Shown: positions 29,853-39,883, counted from the stretch's first letter. The stretch: 64,000 nucleotides of DNA from Candidatus Hodarchaeota archaeon (GCA_016839815.1 JAEOTM010000047.1:32001-96000), one strand, 5' to 3'. Program-made: numbers and translations. The notes: generated by a model from the sequence alone, not told the origin.

Positions 29853-31307
29853 TCATTCTTTCTCCTTAATTCCTGACAGAAATTTCACAATAGCTTTTCT
29901 GGAATCCACATCATATTGCTTGAGAATGGCAATATCTTCCATAACAGGAGACCCACCTCCATGAACTCCAGCTACGGCAAATACACCACCTATCGAAGAG
30001 CATAATACCTCAGAAATAGATCTATAGAGTTTATAGACATCTTTAGCAGGAATATCAGCTTTGCGTTTGATATATTTTTGTAAAAGGGGACCAATCTTCT
30101 CTTCATCAAAAAAATCTCTCTCGAAAGGTAGGGTTGCGGGTAAACCACCTGATAAATCAGCTAGTATATCCATTTCATGATAATAATTCTTCCCAGCATG
30201 TTTTCTACCAACATTACAGAACATTGGGTCAGGAATCATTGTTCCACACTCATCCTTGGTTGCTTTATATGCAGCGGCAATACCACTGGCGTAAACTAAT
30301 TCAGCAACACTAATCAAATCTGCTAGTTTAGATTGGACATGTTTTTTATCTTCAATACCATTGTATTCACTCACAAGGGCAGAATACCCTAATATGATAT
30401 CTGTTGAGGAAGGTTTACATCCTGTATAGCTATGTCGATGGTACAAAGCAAAAAGAAGAGCTAACCAACCACCGAATTGATGTTCACCCTCATAACCTCC
30501 TAAAAACACTCGTTCATTAGGGATAAAAACATCATCAAAAACAACAGTGGTTTCAACATCCCCAAAAAAGCCAGCGGGGTAGGGATCAAACTCTGATTGC
30601 CTTTTTGATTCAGCACGTGTGACAAGATAAACACCTTCCCAGTCGCCCGGGATCGAAAATGCGACAGAATATTCATCCTCTTCAGGAGTGAGAAAACGAG
30701 TAGGAGTTACAATGATCTCTTCTGCAACAGAAGCAGCAGTAATATGGTGTTTAGCTCCTCTAACAACAATTCCATCCTCTCTATGTTCAATTACTCGTAA
30801 ATAAAGGTCGGGATCAGCCTGTTGATGTGGTCTTAAGGATCGATCACCTTTAGGATCAGTTTGAGCACAACAACCTACAGTATCATCCTCCTGCCAATGT
30901 CTTAACATTGCTAAGAATCGCTGATTGTAAGGTCTTTCAGTCATCATTTCTGCTCTAGCTGTTATAACTGATAAAGCATTCAATGCATCAACCCCCATAC
31001 ACCTAAATATACATCCACCCGTGTAATGACAAATTTCTCTGGTCAAATCTTGTTTCTTTAATAAATCATCTACTGATTGATGGATATGTGTGAATCTGTT
31101 GATTATTTTATCGGTTAAATGAGATTTGGCCACGATTAGATCCTTAAGATTTTTATCATCAACGCAATCAAATGTTTTACAAAGGACATTTATTGCACCT
31201 GCCAGTCTTGGATCATCTCTCCTGACCTGTTCTCCATTAATATAGACATTTGGTTTCATTTTGTATAATTGATCTTTATATTCTTGAGAGGTTTTCACTA
31301 GTTCCAC
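29853..31307 (-). CDS. abfD: 4-hydroxybutyryl-CoA dehydratase (HpaB/AbfD family)
   Basis: GGCIFRCMG (CxxxC), QTDPKGDRS, VRGAK.H.T, HRHSYTGCK (His/Cys cluster ligands), HGGGSP. Confidence 0.8.
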   Translation of the reverse strand: MELVKTSQEYKDQLYKMKPNVYINGEQVRRDDPRLAGAINVLCKTFDCVDDKNLKDLIVAKSHLTDKIINRFTHIHQSVDDLLKKQDLTREICHYTGGCIFRCMGVDALNALSVITARAEMMTERPYNQRFLAMLRHWQEDDTVGCCAQTDPKGDRSLRPHQQADPDLYLRVIEHREDGIVVRGAKHHITAASVAEEIIVTPTRFLTPEEDEYSVAFSIPGDWEGVYLVTRAESKRQSEFDPYPAGFFGDVETTVVFDDVFIPNERVFLGGYEGEHQFGGWLALLFALYHRHSYTGCKPSSTDIILGYSALVSEYNGIEDKKHVQSKLADLISVAELVYASGIAAAYKATKDECGTMIPDPMFCNVGRKHAGKNYYHEMDILADLSGGLPATLPFERDFFDEEKIGPLLQKYIKRKADIPAKDVYKLYRSISEVLCSSIGGVFAVAGVHGGGSPVMEDIAILKQYDVDSRKAIVKFLSGIKEKE

Positions 31308-31403
31308 AAGCCATTGTATAAATCTACTCTAGTAACCTAGAATTAATATTTTTTAAATCTTCAGGGGGATTTAACAATTGCCAAGATCCAGACTTGTCTA
31401 GGT

Positions 31404-31760
31404 GTGAAATTTATGCAAACTATAACGATAATTCTAAATGATGCTCCCTATGGATCTGAAAGATCCTATAATGGACTAAGAACAGCAATAGCCCTACAAA
31501 AGAAAGATACTCAAGTGAATGTATTTCTAATAGCGGATTCTGTATACTGTGGTCTAGGAGATCAATCAACTCCGGAAGGATATTATAATATTGGACGTAT
31601 GATCCGGGGTGTAACAACGAGGGGAAAAATCGGTTCATGTGGTGCATGTATGGATGCTAGAGGTCTTTCTAATCTTCAATTAATCAAAGGAGTACACAGA
31701 AGCTCAATGGCTGAATTAGCAGATTGGGTTCTATCCAGTGATAAAGTTATTACATTTTAA
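31404..31760 (+). CDS. DsrE/YchN-family sulfur-relay-like protein
   Basis: APYGSERSYNGLR, FLIADSV, CGACMDARG, SSMAELADW..DKVITF. Confidence 0.88.
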   Translation: MKFMQTITIILNDAPYGSERSYNGLRTAIALQKKDTQVNVFLIADSVYCGLGDQSTPEGYYNIGRMIRGVTTRGKIGSCGACMDARGLSNLQLIKGVHRSSMAELADWVLSSDKVITF

Positions 31761-31783
31761 TCCTAGATGCAAGCAGTTGATTA

Positions 31784-34168
31784 TTAAGTACTCATATGCT
31801 CTGTTCGATGGATAATCTCATTTTGCAATTCTATACCTAAGTTAACAAAGAGATCACTGTAGCCGGCAACTCTAACAATCAAATTTCTGTACTTTTCAGG
31901 ATTTTTCTGAGCATCCCGTAGAGTTTCCACAGATACAACATTAAATTGTATGTGATGACCATCCATCTTAAAATATGAACGTACAAGATGAGCTACTTTC
32001 TTTAATGATTTTTCATCATCAAGAAATTTAGGGGAAAATTTCTGATTTAGAAGAGTCCCACCTGTTCTTTCATGATCTATTTTCGCTACTGATTTAATCA
32101 CAGCAGTTGGTCCTTTAATATCAGCACCTTGAACTGGTGAGACCCCTTCGGATAACGGTTCATGAGCTAGTCGTCCATCAGGAAGAGCACCGATCATTCG
32201 GCCGAAATATACGTGTACAGTTGTAGGGAGAAGATTCACGCGATGATGACCACCCTTAGTATTTGGTCTACCATCAATTGCATTCCAATAAATCTCAAAA
32301 ACCTGTTTCATCACATCATCCGCATAATCCTCATCGTTCCCATATTTCGGAGTTTCTGTTAGTAATCTTCTTCTTAATTCTTTAGACTCATTGAAGTTCG
32401 TTTTTAAAGCATTTACTAACTCTTCCATACTCACATGTTTGTTATCATATACATTATACTTAATTGCTGCAAGTGAATCAGTTATTGAACCTAACCCTAC
32501 TCCTTGGATATAAGAACTATTGTAGCGAGCTCCTCCATCATTATAATCCTTTCCTTTCTGAATACAATCTTTGGTGAGAAGAGACATGAATGGAGCAGGA
32601 AGAATTTGGGCCCATAACCGCTCGATAATGTTGTTACCTTTAATTTTAACATCTATGAAATAATTCATTTGTTTAGTAAAAGCTAGAACTAATTCATTAA
32701 ATGTAGAAAACTTCGTTGGGTCACCAGTCTCCAAACCAATTAGTTTTCCGGTATTAGGATCTGTACCGTTGTTTAACGTAATTTCAAGTACTTTAGGAAT
32801 GTTGAAATATCCTGTAAGGATATAGGCTTCTTTTCCAAAGGCTCCTGCTTCTACGCAGCCCGAAGCTCCTCCCGCTCTAGCATCAATAATCGATTTTCCT
32901 TGTCGGGTTAGCTCTTGAATTATTGTGTCGGTGTTGAAAACAGAGGGTTGTCCGTATCCAGTTTTGATAATATCCAATGCACGCTTCAAGAACCGATCAG
33001 GAGACTTCCTACTGATTTGTACCATTGAACTAGGTTGAAGTAGACGCATCTCTTCGATAACATCAAGCAGGACATACGACAGTTTATTAACTGCATTTGA
33101 TCCATCGCTCTTCACTCCTCCAATATTGATTAAACAAAAGTCTGTATAAGTATTACTTTCTTCAGCGGTTACTCCGACCTTAGGAGGTGCGGGTTGATTA
33201 TTAAATTTAACCCAAAATGCCTGTAACAATTCTTTAATGAATTCCTCGTTATGGATCCCTTCAGCTAAATCCTTTTTATATAACGGATATAAATTTTGAT
33301 CAAGTCTTCCTGGATTAAATGAATCCCAAGTATTTAACTCTGTAATAACGCCAAGATGTATGAACCAATAGTGTTGAAGTGCTTCCCAGACATTTTGGGG
33401 TGCATTAGCTGGAACATTGGTACAAATTTCTGCAATAGTATTTAACTCTCTTTTTCTTTTAGAATCTGTTTCCTTTTCTGCTAGTTCCTTAGCTTTCTTT
33501 GAATAACGTTCTGCAACTACAATGAGTGCTTCTGCGGCAATGGACATTGCAGTTAATTCTTCTTTCTTATTCAGAGCTTCAGGATCATTGAAAAAACTAC
33601 TACTCCCGTTTAATGACTCGATACTTGCTTTAATTTTCTTCTGAAAATCCTTCATCCCATTGATCCATAGATGGGCTCCTCCTACTGTGTGACCCGGAGC
33701 TCTTTGCTCCATAAATTCGGTGAATATCCCTGCATGATACGATTCGATCCATTCTATATCCATTGCCGAAAATATCTTATCTCTGATCGATCTTCCTTCC
33801 CAAAATGGAGAGATTAATTCCTTTTGAAGCTTCTTTACTTCTTCATCTACTGTAAAACTAATTTTATCACGAGAATTAAGGATTTCAAAATCTTCTTGAG
33901 TATGAGTACAGATTTCTGGATATGTAGGTGTAGCGGTCGGTTCAGGTCCCCGTTCTCCAACTATTAATTCTCCCTCGTTAATACATATCTTTTTGTTTTC
34001 TAAAATGTATTTAAAAGCTTGAGCTCGAGCTACTGGAACTGATACACGATCTGCAGCTCCACTTTGATAAAATTCCGTAAGTAATTTCGCTCTTTCTATT
34101 GATAATGATGGTTGAGCATTCACACTCTGTTCTCGAAGTCGTTTTATCCTCTCGTTCATGTCATCCAC
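31784..34168 (-). CDS. hypD: Glycyl radical enzyme, trans-4-hydroxy-L-proline dehydratase
   Basis: FTEFMEQRAPGHT, NTWDSFNPGR, ESNTYTDF, SGCVE, EAYILTGY, LPTTVH, RVAGYS. These match the HypD active-site signature. Confidence 0.85.
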   Translation of the reverse strand: MDDMNERIKRLREQSVNAQPSLSIERAKLLTEFYQSGAADRVSVPVARAQAFKYILENKKICINEGELIVGERGPEPTATPTYPEICTHTQEDFEILNSRDKISFTVDEEVKKLQKELISPFWEGRSIRDKIFSAMDIEWIESYHAGIFTEFMEQRAPGHTVGGAHLWINGMKDFQKKIKASIESLNGSSSFFNDPEALNKKEELTAMSIAAEALIVVAERYSKKAKELAEKETDSKRKRELNTIAEICTNVPANAPQNVWEALQHYWFIHLGVITELNTWDSFNPGRLDQNLYPLYKKDLAEGIHNEEFIKELLQAFWVKFNNQPAPPKVGVTAEESNTYTDFCLINIGGVKSDGSNAVNKLSYVLLDVIEEMRLLQPSSMVQISRKSPDRFLKRALDIIKTGYGQPSVFNTDTIIQELTRQGKSIIDARAGGASGCVEAGAFGKEAYILTGYFNIPKVLEITLNNGTDPNTGKLIGLETGDPTKFSTFNELVLAFTKQMNYFIDVKIKGNNIIERLWAQILPAPFMSLLTKDCIQKGKDYNDGGARYNSSYIQGVGLGSITDSLAAIKYNVYDNKHVSMEELVNALKTNFNESKELRRRLLTETPKYGNDEDYADDVMKQVFEIYWNAIDGRPNTKGGHHRVNLLPTTVHVYFGRMIGALPDGRLAHEPLSEGVSPVQGADIKGPTAVIKSVAKIDHERTGGTLLNQKFSPKFLDDEKSLKKVAHLVRSYFKMDGHHIQFNVVSVETLRDAQKNPEKYRNLIVRVAGYSDLFVNLGIELQNEIIHRTEHMST

Positions 34169-34949
34169 CTATAGAGACTTTGGTTCCATGACTTTCAAAT
34201 TCATATTTAATTTTATTCAGCTCTTTATCGGAAGGAGTTCGTACTTTGTTACCCAATCTATAATGACGGTTTAATCTTGGATATTTTCCCTCGCCTAAGT
34301 GATTGTACGGTAAGATATTTACTTCAGTTATTGAACTTAATTGTGAAATATATCCACCTAGATCTGCAATATTGGATCGAGTATCTGTGATTCCTGGAAT
34401 AATCGGAATTCGTATGATTACTGATTCATTCTCACTATTGAGATACTCTAGGTTCTTCAATATCGATTCGTTAGATACTCCTGTGTATTTCTGATGTAAT
34501 TTATCATCAATAAATTTTAAGTCATATAAGTAAAGATTTAATTTGCCTAGTAAGGATTTCAATAGCTTCTGAGATCCATAACCAGTGGTATCAATTGCAG
34601 TATGAATATCCTCTTTGCTACAACTATCTATCAGTGCTATCAAAAATTCTGATTGCAGTAATGGTTCTCCTCCGGAAAAAGTTACACCCCCATTAGATTC
34701 TTCGTAAAAAATTATATCCTTCCGAATTTCTTTCATTATATACTTAGTATCAACAACCTTTCCCACTATCTCAGTTTCTTCAGAATTAGGTCGCTTAATT
34801 GGTTCAGGATCGATGTTTTGACTTTCTGGATTATGACACCACCAACAGTTCAGGGGACACCCTTTGAAAAAGACAGTAGTTCGTATCCCTGGTCCGTCAT
34901 GAACAGCAAATCGTTTAATGTCAAAAATTGTACCTGTGAGATGATTCAT
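34161..34949 (-). CDS. Glycyl-radical-enzyme activating enzyme (radical SAM)
   Basis: HDGPGIRTTVFFKGCPLNCWWCHNPESQ, GVTFSGGEP. Overlaps the GRE start by 8 nt and has no ferredoxin insert. Confidence 0.93.
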   Translation of the reverse strand: MNHLTGTIFDIKRFAVHDGPGIRTTVFFKGCPLNCWWCHNPESQNIDPEPIKRPNSEETEIVGKVVDTKYIMKEIRKDIIFYEESNGGVTFSGGEPLLQSEFLIALIDSCSKEDIHTAIDTTGYGSQKLLKSLLGKLNLYLYDLKFIDDKLHQKYTGVSNESILKNLEYLNSENESVIIRIPIIPGITDTRSNIADLGGYISQLSSITEVNILPYNHLGEGKYPRLNRHYRLGNKVRTPSDKELNKIKYEFESHGTKVSIGG

Positions 34950-35012
34950 ACTTGAGTTCTTCTTCGTTGATGAGGTTTATAATTCTTCAGCTTTTATTTC
35001 CAAGAAGTAAGA

Positions 35013-35858
35013 TTATTTGACTTTCTTGAATATACTTGAACCTAGAATCAATGAGAGTATAATTAATTCATATCTGACCCAAGGACTACTAGCACCAGAA
35101 GTCTGAGTGGAAAGGGGAGGTGGAGAAGTATAATACTTTGTAATGGTAGAATTACTACTAGGATCTTCTGTAATCGTGTAATTATAATAAACAGGTAACG
35201 AATCATCTACATAGGGGGAATCAGAGTACCGACCAGTACTCTCCCAAAAACCTAAGTAATCTTGGCTAGTAATCTCGATATGTGTTAGCCATTTGATCCA
35301 TTTGTATCCATAAAACCTGGGACAGACTAATCTAATCGGAAAACCATGATCAACTGGTAACGGAACACCATTCATCTCATAAGCAAGAATTACATCGTTC
35401 CAATAGGCTTCATTAATTGACAAACTCGTCGAATATCCTTCTGGAGAATGATCCGGGGTACGAAATATAACATCCACAGCTTTTTCGGTTTTTATCTCAG
35501 CTAAATTCAGAATTTCTGATAATCTGACTCCTGTCCAGTTTGCTACTCCCGTTAAACCAACACCTCCATATGTGTAAGCTATACACGTTAGCCGTACTAT
35601 TTCGAAAGTGACTGGTAATGCTTTAATTTCACCCAAACTCAAGTTTAAAGGATTATAGATATCTCCAGAGACTATCAAACGGTAAGTCGTCGGATCCAGT
35701 TCAAAATAATCGATCGCAGTGGTGAAAAATGATTCATTAGAAGTAATTGGATATCCATTATCGATTTTAGCTTGAATAGGTATGCTTTTACCAAGAACTC
35801 CTAGTATTAGAAAAAGAAGAAGATAATTAGTTTTCCATTTTTGGTGTAACCAATGCAT
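35013..35858 (-). CDS. Sulfite-oxidase-family molybdopterin-binding protein, secreted with a C-terminal anchor (copy 2)
   Basis: ITSNESFF, LTC (Mo-Cys), ANWTGV, YSTSL, LAYEMNGVPLPVDHGFPIRLVCPRFYGYKWIKWL, GFWE. The track start is 35915; ATG 35858 is preferred. Confidence 0.85.
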   Translation of the reverse strand: MHWLHQKWKTNYLLLFLILGVLGKSIPIQAKIDNGYPITSNESFFTTAIDYFELDPTTYRLIVSGDIYNPLNLSLGEIKALPVTFEIVRLTCIAYTYGGVGLTGVANWTGVRLSEILNLAEIKTEKAVDVIFRTPDHSPEGYSTSLSINEAYWNDVILAYEMNGVPLPVDHGFPIRLVCPRFYGYKWIKWLTHIEITSQDYLGFWESTGRYSDSPYVDDSLPVYYNYTITEDPSSNSTITKYYTSPPPLSTQTSGASSPWVRYELIILSLILGSSIFKKVK

Positions 35859-35913
35859 ACTTACCTGATTGTCTGCGAAGCGATTAAATATTTTCCCATG
35901 AAAATTCAGTTGC

Positions 35914-35928
35914 AATAACGATTGTGAA
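35914..35928 (-). promoter_or_regulatory. Conserved upstream motif TTCACAATCGTTATT
   Basis: 14/15 match to 38398-38412. Both copies lie 56 nt from the ATG of the paralogous Mo genes. Confidence 0.55.
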
Positions 35929-36228
35929 CGATTATAATGGTGAGGAAAGAATAAGGTTAGGACACAAAGCTATCATAAACGGTCAGTCAATCTGGAAAAG
36001 ACTATTTATAAAAGATAACGACTTATATATCCACAGCACATCTATAATTCGTGGATCCGACCGATACAATTACATCTTCTCATGAGATTCTGTAAAGACT
36101 AGATTCCTTGCCATTTGTACATAATTCTCGATCTTTGCTTCCTCAAAATCGAGTCTTAAATGAAGCATTCGACTCAAGAAGGGTTTGCCATTTACTATAT
36201 TCTTTCATCAAAGGTTTTTTTTCTTCTA

Positions 36229-37392
36229 TTATCTTCTATTTCTTTGTTTTCGATATATAACAGTAAGAACTGGGAGAATTATTATGAAATTGAAGAATAT
36301 GAAACTGGGACTTGCCGAGGTGGAAGGTTCTTCTGTAGTATCAGTGGTTATTATTTCTGTCCACGAAGAAGTTCTTGTTGTATATGTCGTGCTACTCTCT
36401 ATTGTAGTTTCTTCTTCTAAAGCTGCAGATACCGAGTAGTTATACACGTAACTCATATTTGGAGTAATTACACTGACATTATATCCTTCGTTAGTTACCT
36501 CAACTAAGCAGAGATGATTTACGCCTGTAAAATAGTAGTCTTCTGGTTGAATTGTGTCTAGTACGGGTCCTGCAATCAATATGCTAGAGAAATCTGAAGT
36601 ACCACCACCAGAGGTTGTATACCACGTTCCGTTTCTATATGTATTGTAAAAGTTATGGGCATGTCCGCTTATTACTAAATCCACACCATATCGGACAAAT
36701 AGATCATGCCATGTATCACGAACGTTTTGTGCAGCAATAAATCGATCTGAAGATGGATTAAGGTTCCAAAAAGGTGTATGTGTCATCGCGATTATTCGAC
36801 TAATATTATTTGTGGCTAAATCGTTCTCTAACCACGTTTGCTGTTCCGCAGCTAAGGTGAGATTCTGAAAATTATTGTAATCCTCATCAATGAAATAATA
36901 GGTATTCAAAACAATGATATGAGTATCATTCTGGGGTGTATTAAAACTATAATAGACCTCATTTCCAGGATTATCAACATTTGCAATATATGTCTCTAAA
37001 GTTGCCTCTGTTTGAAATCCATAATCATATTCATGATTTCCTACGGCGTAGTAGATAGGTATTTCTGCTGCAATTGTACCGAAATTTGGCCACCAGTACG
37101 TATCCCACTGTGTCTGAACTGAACCATCCCACACCACATCTCCTGAATGTAAGATGAATTCAATCTGATGCTCTTGTTTTAATGTATTAATCATGGTAGC
37201 TAGTATTTCGCATCCTGTGTTATCATCCTCTTCTGGTCTTGTATCACCCAGAAAAATAAACTTGTAATTGCTAAAATTTGAGGATTTCGTTAAAGTTTCA
37301 TTTGAAACACTGCTAAGTGATCTTCCACTACTAATAAATATTAGTAAAAAGACCCCACACATTATCCCTGCCATTAACCTCGTTTTTGTCAT
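36229..37392 (-). CDS. Secreted, C-terminally anchored calcineurin-like metallophosphoesterase (purple-acid-phosphatase-like; copy 2)
   Basis: GDTR, HSGDVV, VGNHE, HTP, SGHAH; Thr-rich linker, TM, basic tail. Confidence 0.9.
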   Translation of the reverse strand: MTKTRLMAGIMCGVFLLIFISSGRSLSSVSNETLTKSSNFSNYKFIFLGDTRPEEDDNTGCEILATMINTLKQEHQIEFILHSGDVVWDGSVQTQWDTYWWPNFGTIAAEIPIYYAVGNHEYDYGFQTEATLETYIANVDNPGNEVYYSFNTPQNDTHIIVLNTYYFIDEDYNNFQNLTLAAEQQTWLENDLATNNISRIIAMTHTPFWNLNPSSDRFIAAQNVRDTWHDLFVRYGVDLVISGHAHNFYNTYRNGTWYTTSGGGTSDFSSILIAGPVLDTIQPEDYYFTGVNHLCLVEVTNEGYNVSVITPNMSYVYNYSVSAALEEETTIESSTTYTTRTSSWTEIITTDTTEEPSTSASPSFIFFNFIIILPVLTVIYRKQRNRR

Positions 37393-37478
37393 AGTTTATA
37401 ACCTCATTCGAAATTATCACTTAAAAAGAATAATTCCTTAAATAATCTGTCCCGCTATTATTATTGACTCACAAAGCT

Positions 37479-38342
37479 TTATTTGAAGAGCTTCCTTCTC
37501 TTTTGAATATTATAGAAACTAGAGCCTATCAGTAGAACAATTAATGCATAATCAATCTGTAACCAAGGGATTCTCTGAGTAAATGTATCCTCTGGTAAAG
37601 AGGTTAAGATTGTATAATACTCTATACTACTTGAATTTGTATTAGGGTCGATAGCTATTGTATAATTATAGTATATCGGAAGAGCAATATCAACAAAGGG
37701 AGAATCTGAGTATCTCCCACTGCTTTCCCAATACCCGGTGTGATCAATTGGAGAAACTTCAATGTAAGTAAGCCATTTAATCCACTTGTAACCATAAAAA
37801 CGTGGACAAACGAGTCTTATTGGAAATCCATGTTCTACAGGTAAAGGAACACCATTCATCTCATATGCAAGTATTACATCATCCCAAAAAGCCTCTTCAA
37901 TCGTTAAGCTTGTCGTATAACCTTCTTTGGAATGATCAGGTGTGCGAAAAATTACATCCAATGCTGTTTCATACTTAATTTCGGCCAGATTTAGAATCTC
38001 TGACAGTTTCACTCCAGTCCAATTTGCCACTCCGGTATATGAAGATGCTCCATATTTATAATCAACGCAAGTAAGACGGACAATTTCAGAAGTTACTGGA
38101 AGAGATTGTATTTCGCTTAAACTTAAGCTTAAAGAGTTGTAAACATCACCGACGACTGTCAGACGGTATGCTTCTTGGTCAAGCTCAAAAAAATCTATTG
38201 CTGTATTAAAAAATTCGTCATTAGGAGTAATAGGGGATTCAATTCGAACTGGGGCGGAAATCTGTATGTTTTTTAGTAGAAATCCAGCTAGTATGAAAAA
38301 TACTATCAACTCGACTTTCCAGAATTTATAGAGAACTTTCAT
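37479..38342 (-). CDS. Sulfite-oxidase-family molybdopterin-binding protein, secreted with a C-terminal anchor (copy 1)
   Basis: Core highly similar to 35013..35858 (LTCV, ANWTGV, HGFPIRLVCPRFYGYKWIKWL, GYWE); TM + KRRK. Confidence 0.87.
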   Translation of the reverse strand: MKVLYKFWKVELIVFFILAGFLLKNIQISAPVRIESPITPNDEFFNTAIDFFELDQEAYRLTVVGDVYNSLSLSLSEIQSLPVTSEIVRLTCVDYKYGASSYTGVANWTGVKLSEILNLAEIKYETALDVIFRTPDHSKEGYTTSLTIEEAFWDDVILAYEMNGVPLPVEHGFPIRLVCPRFYGYKWIKWLTYIEVSPIDHTGYWESSGRYSDSPFVDIALPIYYNYTIAIDPNTNSSSIEYYTILTSLPEDTFTQRIPWLQIDYALIVLLIGSSFYNIQKRRKLFK

Positions 38343-38397
38343 TGACTAAACCCTATTATTTATTCAATAATAAGGTTTTGCATGTTACTCAATCCAT

Positions 38398-38412
38398 AAT
38401 AACGATAGTGAA
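38398..38412 (-). promoter_or_regulatory. Conserved upstream motif TTCACTATCGTTATT
   Basis: Partner of 35914-35928, with the same 56-nt offset from ATG 38342. Confidence 0.55.
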
Positions 38413-38557
38413 GAAGTAATGGCCTTCCTCTTACATCAGATGGAGTAAAAAAGAAAAATGGGGAAGTTATAGGAATTACTTGATTATCCCTACTTATCTT
38501 TGAAATATGTACCATATCTCATAGGAGATTCGTAGATTGCTTTCGGTCTGTATTTTT

Positions 38558-39766
38558 CTATTTTCGTCTGGGAATGATTCCAACCAATAGAATTCCGATG
38601 ATTACTGACAGAGGAAAAATGGGAGTTTTATCAGTAGTACTGGAAGTAGAGGTTTTAGAAAGAGAAGTACTAGATATTAAGGTGCTAGATGTCGAATCAA
38701 TGGATGCAGTAGTAGTAGTGGTGGTAGTAGTTGTCGTAGTGGTTTCATCGAATATTCTTGTTTCAGTAACCACAAATGAATCGCCTAATGAAATTGTTTG
38801 ATCGGTTTCATTGAAAATATAAACTTCAATATTTGCCTGTATGACACCCTCACTTTCGCTAATTGAAACATTACAGTAATGGAACTCTGAAAAGTACACA
38901 TCACCCTCTTGCCACTCTGATGTGTCTGTATTGGTGTAGAGATCTGCCCCTGCACCTCCTGTTGTTACGTATGTTATATTATTCCTTACTGTCCGATAGT
39001 AATAGTGATCATGACCAGAGAACACTAAATCTACACCGTAATCATTAAATATTGGATTAAGAACTGAACGAACTTTTTGGGCATCTTCTACACGTCCCAG
39101 ATCACGAACAGAGTAACATGGACGGTGGAATATAGCTACTACGAACTCGAGTGCATTATTTTCGAGATCATCTATTAACCAATTATATTGGTCGGATGTA
39201 ATATCAAATTGCCCCGACCAGTTTTCTTCAGTATTAATAAAAACGAAATGTATCTGATCCATATAATCAAAACTATAATACCGCTCATTTCCAGGTAGTT
39301 CAACGTTAGCTAGATATGTGGAAAAATCTTCGTCAGGAAGCCCCCAAATACTTGGACCTGACGCATAGGTATATCTTTCATGATTTCCAACAGCGTAGTA
39401 AAAAGTTACATTCTCTTTCGTTGCATTTTCTATATCTTCAAAATACCGATCCCAATCATCCTGTTCTCCACCAGAATTCACCATATCGCCTGAATGTAGA
39501 ATAAATTCAAGATCTGGATTTTTTTCTACTATAGAGGTAATAATGGCTGCTCTTGTAGGATTACTACTATTCTCATGTGGATAGTTCATATTATCATAAT
39601 CCCAAGGTTCATGCTGTTGACGACTATCACCTATTGCAATAAAGTGCCATGAGTCACTTAATTGACTTAAAGTACCTTCTTCCACTGAACTATGACTTAA
39701 AGTAATTGTTGAAAGTAAAAATAGGCCTAAAACAATTAAAAGAAAATTCCTTTTCATTTTTCTCAT
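38558..39766 (-). CDS. Secreted, C-terminally anchored metallophosphoesterase (copy 1)
   Basis: GDSR, HSGDMV, VGNHE, HRP, SGHDH; poly-Thr/Ser linker; TM + RRK. Confidence 0.9.
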   Translation of the reverse strand: MRKMKRNFLLIVLGLFLLSTITLSHSSVEEGTLSQLSDSWHFIAIGDSRQQHEPWDYDNMNYPHENSSNPTRAAIITSIVEKNPDLEFILHSGDMVNSGGEQDDWDRYFEDIENATKENVTFYYAVGNHERYTYASGPSIWGLPDEDFSTYLANVELPGNERYYSFDYMDQIHFVFINTEENWSGQFDITSDQYNWLIDDLENNALEFVVAIFHRPCYSVRDLGRVEDAQKVRSVLNPIFNDYGVDLVFSGHDHYYYRTVRNNITYVTTGGAGADLYTNTDTSEWQEGDVYFSEFHYCNVSISESEGVIQANIEVYIFNETDQTISLGDSFVVTETRIFDETTTTTTTTTTTTASIDSTSSTLISSTSLSKTSTSSTTDKTPIFPLSVIIGILLVGIIPRRK

Positions 39767-39883
39767 ATTTATTCCCGCTGACTTATTAATACTAAATTTG
39801 AGCTGTTAGAAATAAGTTTATTAAAATTCTTCTCAATTAGTCGTACTATTGTAGAAAGTCCGTGACTGATAGGAAGGATACGA

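Noticed and set aside
38700-38745. (GTA/GTG)n trinucleotide-like repeat and the poly-Val ORF 38574..38801
   Set aside because: This is the antisense of the poly-Thr linker of the metallophosphoesterase, not a separate repeat element or gene.
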